Translations under genes and position numbers: made by a program
The notes under the pieces: generated by a model
The model's input: only the letters and a program-made list of their open reading frames with translations
Databases searched by the model: none
Told to the model about the DNA's origin: nothing
Part shown: positions 11,751-22,432 of the stretch, in pieces
Numbering within the stretch: position 1 is the first letter of the stretch
How the letters are laid out: each line of letters starts with the position of its first letter
Source: Eledone cirrhosa
Taxonomy: Eukaryota
Direction of reading: 5' to 3'
Length of the DNA: 64,000 nucleotides
Assembly: GCA_964016885.1 (NCBI GenBank)
Contig: OZ024757.1
Location: 43,648,001 to 43,712,000 of the forward strand

Positions 11751-11863
11751 AAAAAGAGTAGGAGATAACTCGACAAGAGCGGAGAGGGTGAGATTCGAAC
11801 CATGTAAAGTCGTTGGCTCCTGAACTTCGTAAGCGGGGCTGCTACTGACTGAGCAGCGCCGGC
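11751..11863 (-). ncRNA. tRNA-derived Pol III cassette, copy 3
   Basis: As 6-118. Confidence 0.45.
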
Positions 11864-12644
11864 AGCAAGGCAAATCGCGCATAAAATAACGCTTATATCG
11901 ACAAAAAAAAAAAAAAAATTTCAATGTTGCACTCTTGTTTGTTGTTCTTTTATTTTACGTAAACATTTCGCTGCTCTAGCCTCTTATTTCCTATTAGATT
12001 ACACTTAATTCCATTAAACATTCATTCTTAGTCTCGTGGTAAACTATTTCATCTATATTTATATCGCTGTTACAGCCTTTTATTTCTACATCTATCACCT
12101 ATAGCCACTGTTACGCCGGTAGTATAAGTAGCTTTATAACAAGAAACGATGATATAACTCCACAAAATGTCTTCTTCAGCAAGACACTTCACTTCATATT
12201 GCTCCAGTACACCGAGTTACACATAGACAGATACATACATACATACACAGATAGAAATGAGAGGTAGATAGAGTAAAAGATTTAAAGAGAGTGTGAAAAG
12301 TACGAGTTAGATAGTGTAAAAGATTTAAAGAGAGGGTGAGAGTGTGACACACATTTATCTGTCTATCTCTCTCTATTTTAACACCGGTCGTTATAATTAG
12401 TTTTATAACACCGCTATATTACCGACATGAAAGAGGTAAATAATTATTTCTTAAATGTTTAGAACATGTTTCTCTTGTCTTCTTAAATGTATAGAACATG
12501 TTTCTTATTTATATTCTTAACATAGCTAGGACCTTATCTCATTTACTGGTCTCTACTTTTAGGGCTTTGCTGGTCCCATGTGCCCTCCATGAAGACACAC
12601 TCGCCCCTTCTCTCTCAGTCTCCGTACTAATTACTACACATACG

Positions 12645-14835
12645 TATATATATTTATTTTAAGAAACCTTAATGACAAATAATATAAAGTGTTTGTAAAG
12701 TGGGGAAGAGTAGTTTTACGGTGGGGTTGTTATATAGATATCGTTTTTGCAGTGGGGTCGTGACTGGCGTATAATAATGAGTCACTGTTGATGTATATAC
12801 AAATCATGTTTTGGATATAAGTGAAGTTATTTAAGAGATTTAGTTGTTTTGTATACATTCATAACGGTACGCGATGGGACCCACCCACAGCCCCGGCGGA
12901 CAGAATGGAGAAGGCGTTTCCCCGGAGCACGGCAAGGGAGACGCGCTGGAAAAGCCACTCCAACTCGCGGGGCTCACACCTGCGGCTGGCCAGCTCAGCG
13001 CCTATGGTGGTGAGTAAGGAGGTAGCCCTGGGGCCGAGGACACCAGAAGTCTCCACTTCCAGGGGTACGACCGCAAACCTGTCGGAGAGTGAACGATATG
13101 TGAGGAGTTTGGCCCCCTCAGCCTGACGTGCAGCAGAACCTGGGCCAGTCGCAGACTGCACCAGGTTGCGGCTGCAGAAAGTGTCGGTGCAAGTGGCATC
13201 CCAGACGAGGGGTTTGCCACCGCGGAACGGGAAGATGGTCATGCCATCTAGCCTTTTGCCGTCCCCTCGAGCTGGGAAGGGAAGCCTGCAGCGTCCAAGC
13301 CATGCTTAATGACTTCGTTGAGGGCAGCATGGCGTGGATTGCGGGTGGAGGCCGAAAGAGTCCATGGTGGAACGGCAGCGACATTGGTGTGAGGCCGAGC
13401 CTCAGGGAAACGCCGATGCGCAAGCTATTGTTGTCTAGCTGCGTGCGAGTGGAGAAGGAGGGCAGGGCATGGAGCCAGGCCCCACTGTGGGGTTTGGAGG
13501 CTGCACGAAAACAAACAAGGCGGTGCTGGTCGAGCTGGCACGTGAGCCTGTCTGAGGCCAGGCTGCACTGGATGGCATCCCAAGTGTGTTGGGGGGGACT
13601 TGACGTCAACAGGGGGAGAAGGAGGAGGAACGTCTACTGGGCTAAGTCCCAGCCGGTCCCACGTCTCACAGGCGGCCACGCGTTCTCTGAACACAGAGGG
13701 TTCTGTTGTGTTTTGAAGAACCCTGCTGAAGAGGACGTGGTACGAGGTTACCGACGAAAGATATGCCGGCAAAGCTAGTGAGATCGGGGACTGGAGGCGA
13801 AGGCCGCCATACCTGACAGGTAAAGTTGCATATCTCATCGGCTGCTGCTCGGATACAAGTTTAGGTGTAGCACAGAGTGTATAGAGGAGCTTCGGCATGG
13901 CGTAGCAGTTCCTCAGCAGAAAGAGAACTGGGTGGCCATCAATCAAGCCCAGTCGGCTCGTGAGAGTCTGGACTTGATGGAGGAGCGGATGGCCGGCGGG
14001 TGGATCGGTGAGGGCATCCTCTTTGGGGGGTCACCTGAACCTGGCGGAGAATGGACCGCACGTCCAAGACGGAGACTGCAAAGCTTGCAGCATCGAGGCT
14101 GACATTCACCACCTCCGACTTGGCTGAGTTGACCTGGAGGTCGATTCCCGCCAGGGCAGGAACCACCGATTGAAGGTCATGGCAGACCGCCTGTACGGGC
14201 CCACCCAAAGTAGCATCATCCAGATACCAAACGTTGAGAGGGGCCGTTATACTCCAGGCGATGTGGTCAATACCAAGGGTGAACAGGAGGGGTCCCAAAG
14301 GGTTGCCCTGTTGGATCCCAGTAGCCAAGGGTATGACCGTATCAGCAGCATGGCGCATGCTTGGGGCTCCATATGACAGCTAGGCAGAGGGGGCTCGGCT
14401 GAGGCAGGCCTCGAGCAGATGATCCCAGCGTAAAGAGTTGAAGGCATTCCTCATGTCAAACTTGACAATGAGGTGGCTGGAGGCCCTGGATGCCGGTTCC
14501 GAGTGTTACGGACTTGCAGATTACCTTGGCAGCCAGCCTCCGGAAGACATTGCCCACAGCAATGGGGCGTATGCCATCCTCTTTCTTCCTGAGAGCGGTG
14601 AGGCTGGCCGAAAAAAAGAGGCCTCGAGCATAAGAGTCCAGGGCGCCATGGATGAGCCTATTGGTGAGCGCCACAATTGCACTCAGAAGGCGGCGCCCGG
14701 CCTCAGCGGAGAGGGGAGATATCAACTCCTTGAGGAGGCCTGGTCAGAGACCATCAACATCTCCGCAGCTGCTAGCTGGGAAGGACCTGATGGCGGACAT
14801 GATGTCTGCATCAGAAGCCACAAGGAGCAAGTGTG
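12645..14835 (-). mobile_element. CRE-clade retrotransposon relic, copy 3 (type-A deletions, extra stop)
   Basis: ORFs from 12859-13242 to 14456-14725. Confidence 0.9.
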
Positions 14836-15768
14836 GATTACAATACAAAACCTCTGAGAATGATTTCTAAGATATTTCACCATAATTAATTTTCATCAAT
14901 ATATATTAATATTATTATTGTTTATTAGGTCAGGTGGATTGGCCAGAACAATTCTACTCTTCTTTTTTAGATGTCACGATTTTTCATGGCATTCCTGAGA
15001 TCATTAATCTCCAGCTGGAGATCCAGAGACATCTGATGTATGTAGGTGAACCTCAGTCATCCCACTTGGCTCTTACTATGTTTAGGTATCCACCACAGGA
15101 GCCAGCTCATCAGGTCATCCTACTCTCAGCAGCAATGTCCAGCATCTATTGATTTCCGCTCCCTAGTTATTGTGGTAATCTTCGATATCTGGGAATATAT
15201 TTCTTCTGCTTAAGGGAGTAATAAATATATAGTTTAAAAAAAAACATATATATACACACACATATATATATGTTGTCATTTATAAGAGTTCTCTATCAAA
15301 AGCCTTCTCTATGTCCAAAGCTAAGTATAGTGGCTTATTTTTCTCTAAGAACCTCTTTTGTAGTTGTCTCACTAAGAAGAGGGCATCTGTTGCACTTTTC
15401 AGCGGCTTAATTAATTAATGAGGTTTAATTAATGAGGAATTTTGAGGTATTTATAACAATTATTAATTATTTCATTACTGAGATATCATTTGAAGGACTT
15501 ACTAATGTTTTTATTTATTAATTATTTTATTAGTAACTTAACATGTGGTTCTTGTATAAAATTATGTTGGAAGATTTTAGGAAGATGCTATGTAGCCGGT
15601 CGCGGTAAAATAGACGCCCAGGCTATGTAGCCGGTAAGAGTGTCAGACTCCATGTGTTGCGGCCCTTTATGGTCTGAGTTAAGACAATTTAAAATCTTTT
15701 CCACCATCAATTGTTAAAAAACAAGTTAAAATCATTTTGTCGTCCATTTGTAACGTACGTTACACTTT

Positions 15769-16505
15769 AGTTACATACACATATACTATGTTACATACAC
15801 ACATCTACTGTGTTACATACACACACATCAACTGGGTTATATACACACACATCTACTGCGTTACATACACATCTACTGTGTTACACACACATCTACTGTG
15901 TTACATACACACACATCTACTGAGTTACATACACACACATCTACTGTGTTACATACACACACATCTTCTGTGTTACATACACACATCTACTATGTTACAT
16001 ACACACATCTACTGTGTTACATACACACACCTGTGTTACATACACACACATCTACTGAGTTACATACACACAGATCTACTGTGTTACATACACACACATC
16101 TACTGTGTTACACACATCTTCTATGTTACATACACACAATCTACTGTGTTACATACACACATCTACTGAGTTACATACACACACATCTACTGAGTTACAT
16201 ACACACACATGTACTGTGTTACATACACACATCTACTGTGTTACATACATACACATCTACTGTGTTACATACATACACATCTACTGTTACATACACACAT
16301 CTACCGTGCTACACACACACATCTACCGTGTTACACACACACATCTACCGTGTTACACACACACATCTACCGTGTTACACACACACATCTACTGAGTTAC
16401 ATACACATATACTGAGTTACATGCAAACACACATCTACTCTGTTACATATACACATCTACTGTGTTACATACACATCTACTGTGATACACACACACACAT
16501 CTACT
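15769..16505. repeat. ~20-24-bp minisatellite CTACTGTGTTACATACACAC(AC)AT
   Basis: More than 30 tandem copies; source of the spurious HTH-rich ORFs. Confidence 0.95.
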
Positions 16506-17334
16506 CATACATATTCATAAATAGACACACATTATACAAATAATTATTACATACACACACATCTCTGTAATAATTCAGGAAGGAAGGGGCTGGTGAAACG
16601 CTATAGCAATGTGTGTGTGTTGTGTACCTTTCAGGTTTACCGGTTTCGTAGCCTATTTGAAGATTTTATTATAATTATGAACCTTATAATTCAATTAATT
16701 ATGAATAATTTTGAGCTATTTATCACAATTGTTAGTTAATTACTAACATAGTAACTTACCATATGGTTGTTATATAGAATTTTGTTGGAAGACTTTAATT
16801 TAGATAGGAACCATTTCCATAGTACGAGAACTAATTTTGGCTGGGTTTCTACCAAAAGGGTTAATGAAGAATTTTGAACAATTTACTAAAATTATTAATT
16901 ATTTCATTACTAAGATAATGTGTGAATACACAATTATATGTGTGTATATATATATAAACAGTATATATATATATAGTATATATATATATAAACAGTATAT
17001 ATATATATATAGTATATATATATATAAACAGTATATATATAGTATACAAAAGATGTAGTGGGATAGTGTGTAGTCTTAAGACAAGTCTGTCCAGATAGCT
17101 GCGCTGTAACTTACACTTATTGGGACTGTGTGTTGGCAAGCAGGCCTGTATTTTGGGATCTAGCTGGTCCATTATGAGGGAGGTCTGGTTAGTTGGCAGC
17201 ACCATGCCTTACTTGTGGTATATGTATGTATAGAAATAAGTTATTGTATATGCATAACTGTCCATCTATATGTATACATGTATGTTTACTTATATCTTTG
17301 CATACATATATACATTTTCAGATGTATACACGTA

Positions 17335-19254
17335 ATGGTCACCCGGATAGTAAACCAAGTCATACAGAATGGGGTTGTTCTGAAGGACTGGCGTAGCAGC
17401 ATCATCATTAACTGTTACAAGGGTAAAGGAGATGCCCTAGATAGGAGTAACTATAGAGGCATTAAATTAATCGACCAGGTCATGAAGGTCACGGAAAAAG
17501 TAATAGCGCAACTAATCAGAGAGAGAATTGATCTAGATGAAATGCAGTTCGGGTTTGTGTCAGGTAAAAGTACCACAGACGCTCTTTTCATTGTACGACA
17601 ACTACAGGAGAAGTACCTAGTTAAAAGTAAACCCCTATACTTAGCTTTTGTTCACTTGGAGAAAGCCTTCGACAGAGTCCCCCGTTCCATTATCTGGTGG
17701 GCTCTTAGAAAACTAGGTGTTGAGGAATGGCTTGTGAGAGCTATACGAGCCATGTATAAAGAAACAGTCAGCAAGGTTAGAATTAACAACGAATATAGTG
17801 AAGAGTTTAGCGTAAAAGTTGGTGTTCATCAGGGCTCCGTCCTTAGCCCCCTACTATTTATTATTGCCCTTCAGGCTATAACAGTGGAGTTCAAGACCGG
17901 CTGCCCATGGGAACTCCTATACGCAGATGATCTAACGCTCATAGCTGAATCAATGGCCGAGCTAGAGAAGAAATTCCAAACATGGAAGCAAGGCCTAGAA
18001 TCAGAAGGCCTTAAAATTAACCTGGCTAAGACTAAAGTTCTAGTTTGTAGGAAAGAAAATAAGGCGCCGGTCCCTTACGGGAAATGGCCATGCTCAGTGT
18101 GTAGGAAAGACGTAGGTAGAAACTCCATTTTATGTCCCAAATGCAAAGTATGGGTTCATAAAAGATGTAGTGGGATCACAGGTAAGCTAACTAAGAACAT
18201 AGATTTTACATGTGGCCGGTGCTCTGGTGCAATAAGTAGCAGCAAGTGCCCACAAAATACTAGCTCTTTCAATTGCGCAGAGGGTTCTATAGAAATAGTG
18301 GACAGCTTCCGTTACCTGGGTGACAAAATCAGCAGTGGGGGAGGGTGCTCTGAAAGTACAGTAGCTAGAGTCAGAACTGGATGGAAAAAGTTCAGAGAGC
18401 TTATACCACTATTAGCCGCTAAAGGGTTCTCCCTAAAAATGAAAGGCAGGTTGTATGATGCCTGCATATGAACAGCAATGTTGCATGGCAGTGAGACCTG
18501 GGCATTGTGTGCAGAGGATATACGCAGACTAGAGAGGAACGAAGCTTGCATGCTTCGCTGGATGTGTAATAGTAATATATGTGAACGGCAAAGCATAAAC
18601 GAACTAAGGGAAAAATTAGAAATAAGAGGGATCAGATGTTGTGTACTCGAGAGAAGACTACGTTGGTATGGTCCACGTGATGCGGATGAAAGACGACAGC
18701 TGTATAAAAAAAATGCAGGGCAATAAAGATAGACGGTAGCCACGGAGTAGGCAGACCCAGAAAAACCTGGGACGACTTGATAAATTCCGACCTCACACAC
18801 TTACACCTCTCCAAGACAATGTCACTGGACCGAGATCTTTGGCGGTACTCAGTAATAGAGAAGACCCGCCTTACCTAGATACAAAGTAAAACCTACTACA
18901 GTCAGTAGGCACCTCTAACAAAATACACCCCCACCCCATCCACACCGCCCCTTTCAATGTAAAGTTATGTTGGTGCCACAACATCCAGGCCGAAACAAAT
19001 GAGGTCGTGTAGGTGTCACGACAAAAAAAAAAAACACAGTCCACGCAGTAATGTGGCCGTGTAGGTAACACGGTAAAAACCTCTCAGTCCCACACTGTAA
19101 ATGCGGTTGGTGTTAGGAAGGGCATCCAGCTGTAGAAAACCCGCCAGACAGTCCTATGCGAGCAAGACAACCACTCTTGCCTCAAGTGGGAAAATTCCCG
19201 TCCAAACCCATGCAAGCGTGGAATATGGACGTTAAACGATGATGATGATGATGA

Positions 19255-19258
<4 letters not shown>
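17335..19258 (+). mobile_element. 5'-truncated RTE-clade LINE (RT with embedded PHD finger), decayed; long 3' UTR and (GAT)n tail
   Basis: YKGKGDALDRSNYRGIKL, QFGF, AFV(H)LEKAFDRVPR, GVHQGSVLSPLLF, YADD, FRYLG. Premature stop at 18469-18471 and a later frameshift; GRPRKTW near the end; (GAT)7 at 19238-19258. Confidence 0.95.
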
Positions 19259-19289
<31 letters not shown>

Positions 19290-19292
<3 letters not shown>

Positions 19293-20414
19293 CTTTGACA
19301 TTTCTTAGAAAAAAAATGAAAAAGTTTTGTGAGAACCCCAATGTTTATTTATTTTATTTTATTTTTAAATAAAATTAATAACATTAATTTTATTTTGAAA
19401 TTAGGTTTATAAATATTAATTATCAGCAGACCTTTGTAGCAGTCTTGGCGGCTTAGTGGGAAGTACCAGAGATGGTGAGGTCCTTGTCTGTAGGTTCAAT
19501 CCTGGTCTGGGAGTTCAATCATTGCTGTAATGTGTCCTGTTAATCTTTTTTTAAATTTTCCTCAGAAAAAACTGAAAATCTTTGGTGAGAACCCCAATGT
19601 CTATTTATCTAATATAATTTAATTTATTTTATTTTATTTTACTTTAGTTAAATTGTCAAAACCACTGGTGATCTAAAGTTAGAGGAGACAGATAAAATAG
19701 ACATATTGTCTCCTCAACCTTTAGATCTTCAGTGTTTTCGACAATTTAACTAAAATAAAAAATTAAATTCAATATAATTAAATAAATAGGGGTTCTCTTT
19801 TTCAAAGAGATATAGAAAGAAAATTATAAAAGATTAACATGACACCTTACATGTATCTCATGGACCAGGATTGAACCTGAGTCCCCAATTCAACCCTCAG
19901 ACCAGGATTGAACACCCAGAACAGGATCTCACCATCTCTGGTACTTCCCACTAAGCTACCGAGACTGATACAAAGATGTACTGAAATTTAATATTTATAA
20001 ACCTACTTTCAAAATAAAATTAAAAATAAAATATATATATATATATATTCCTTTGACATTTCTTAGAAAAAAGAACTGAAAAAGTTTTGTGAGAACGCCA
20101 ATGTCTATTTATTTTATTTTATTTTTAATTAAATTAGTTATATTTTGAAAGTAGGTTTATAAATATTAATTTTCAATAGACCTTTGTAGCAGTCTTGGTG
20201 GCTTAGTGGGAAGTACCAGAGATGGTGAGATCCTTGTCTGTAAGTTCAATTCTTGCTTGGAGACATGTCTAATGTGTCCTATTAATCTTTTTTTAATTTT
20301 CCTTTTACATCTCTTAGAAATAACTGAAAATCTTTGGTGAGAACCCCAATGTCTATTTATCTAATATAATTAATTTAATTTAATTTAATTTAATTTTTAT
20401 TTTAGTGAAACCAC
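19290..20414. mobile_element. AT-rich foldback element (inverted arms 19385-20022, each with a tRNA-like A/B box) plus a tandem partial arm at 20048-20414
   Basis: Centre TTTAGTTAAATTGTCAAAACCACTG..GATCTAAAG..GAGGAGACA / TGTCTCCTC..CTTTAGATC..CAGTGTTTTCGACAATTTAACTAAA. GCTTAGTGGGAAGTACCAGAGATGGTGAG is mirrored by CTCACCATCTCTGGTACTTCCCACTAAGC. Bounded by (TA)n. Confidence 0.8.
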
Positions 20415-20757
20415 TGTTGTATTCAAGAGACCAGGTGGAGGGGTGGGTCTGCTAGATTCATCGTGGGTAAAGAACGGTGCTATGAACTTTTCTGGGTGGG
20501 AAATGACAATGGGCTGGGTATACACATACCACCCCACCACCCCACCGTAAAGTGGTCGTGGAGGCGCCACGGCAAAAAAGCACCCAGCCCGCTCTGTAAA
20601 GCTGACGTGGAGGTGCCACGTAAAAAAGAAAAGCACCCAGCACTCACTGCAAACTGGGTTGGCGTCAGGAAGGGCACCCAGCTGTAGAAACCAATCCAGA
20701 ATCAGCTCCCACCCCACCCTTGCAAGCATGGAAAAGCGGACGTATGATGAAGTTGAT
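20415..20757 (+). mobile_element. Bipartite RTE, 5'-clipped in type-B units (copies start near 30255, 40081, 49907, 61136)
   Basis: Begins abruptly at TGTTGTATTCAAGAGACC (CCIQET), directly after the B-specific block. Confidence 0.85.
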
Positions 20758-20857
20758 ATATATATATATATATATTAGTATATATATACACATACATATG
20801 TACACATATACACATACATATATATATATATATACACACACATATATATCAGTGTAC

Positions 20858-20894
<37 letters not shown>

Positions 20895-21539
20895 AATGAA
20901 TATTTATTCAATTTAAAGCGCCAATTATCTATATATAACAAGATATGAATTTTTCTAGGGATGGGGAAATTTTCAGTTTGTTTTTATATTTTCACTTCAT
21001 TTTTTACTTTCTATTTAATACAGTCTTTGATCCAATATAATCCTGACAGTATTTGAACCAGTTTACCTCATATATATGTATGCACACACAACACTCAAGT
21101 TTCGCCATCTACTGCTATTTCATTCATATTTATTGTTTAATTAACTCTGGTCTAATTCATCAACTATTGTTAATTATATTATTACGTAGATTTCTTATAA
21201 AATCTAGTGCATATATACGTGTATATATACAGGGAGACACTGTGTAATAGATGTAAAGAGAGTGGGAGATAGAGTTATAGAAGTAAAGAGAGGGAGAGAA
21301 ATAAGCGGTAGATAGAGCAATAGATGTAAAGAGAGGGTTAGAACGTTCAACTTGACAGTCAGTACATATGCCAACTACCCAACCGGCCAGCCAGCCGTAT
21401 TTGCGGTTGACTGGCCAGTTGGGCGGTTGGTATGTGGAACGTTCAACTATGCAGTCAGTACCAAAGTTCAACATTGTAGCCAGTGCATATGCCGATCGCC
21501 GCGACCTCTTTGCTCTATTTAAATGACCTGGAACTAAGT

Positions 21540-21652
21540 AAAAAGAGTAGGAGATAACTCGACAAGAGCGGAGAGGGTGAGATTCGAACCATGTAAAGTC
21601 GTTGGCTCCTGAACTTCGTAAGCGGGGCTGCTACTGACTGAGCAACGCCGGC
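21540..21652 (-). ncRNA. tRNA-derived Pol III cassette, copy 4
   Basis: As 6-118; starts GCCGGCGTTGCTCAGTCAGTAG. Confidence 0.45.
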
Positions 21653-22432
21653 AGCAAGGAAAATCGCGCATAAAATAACGCTTATATCGAGAAAATAAAA
21701 CAAAAATTTCAATGTTGCACTTTTGTTTGTTGTTCTTTTATTTTACGTAAACATTTCGCTGCTCTAGCCTCTTATTTCCTATTAGATTACACTTAATTCC
21801 ATTAAACATTCATTCTTAGTCTCGTGGTAAACTATTTCATCTATATTTATATCGCTGTTACAGCCTTTTATTTCTACATCTATCACCTATAGCCACTGTT
21901 ACGCCGGTAGTATAAGTAGCTTTATAACAAGAAACGATGATATAACTCCACAAAATGTCTTCTTCAGCAAGACACTTCACTTCATATTGCTCCAGTACAC
22001 CGAGTTACACATAGACAGATACATACATACATACACAGATAGAAATGAGAGGTAGATAGAGTAAAAGATTTAAAGAGAGTGTGAGAAGTACGAGTTAGAT
22101 AGTGTAAAAGATTTAAAGAGAGGGTGAGAGTGTGACACACATTTATCTGTCTATCTCTCTCTATTTTAACACCGGTCGTTATAATTAGTTTTATAACACC
22201 GCTATATTACCGACATGAAAGAGGTAAATAATTATTTCTTAAATGTTTAGAACATGTTTCTCTTGTCTTCTTAAATGTATAGAACATGTTTCTTATTTAT
22301 ATTCTTAACATAGCTAGGACCTTATCTCATTTACTGGTCTCTACTTTTAGGGCTTTGCTGGTCCCATGTGCCCTCCATGAAGACACACTCGCCCCTTCTC
22401 TCTCAGTCTCCGTACTAATTACTACACATACG

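Larger units (their letters stand above)
11746..21534. repeat. Array unit 3 (A/B recombinant, 9789 bp)
   Basis: The CRE carries the type-A deletions, followed by the type-B 5-kb block at 15407-20414. Confidence 0.92.

Noticed and set aside
15769-16505. CRISPR-like regular repeat
   Set aside because: There are no unique spacers and no cas genes; it is a eukaryotic minisatellite.
16570-16660. Hammerhead ribozyme (GAAAC motifs on both strands)
   Set aside because: No intact CTGANGA core with compatible stems could be assembled by eye.
16800-16860. Spliced-leader RNA (Sm-like AATTTTGG), the classic CRE target
   Set aside because: No convincing leader exon, donor site or stem-loops; it is absent from type-A units and far from the CRE ends.
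17215-17334. N-terminal 40 aa of the 418-aa RTE ORF
   Set aside because: Low-complexity flank that happens to be in frame; RT homology starts near 17335, so this is not a domesticated full-length gene.
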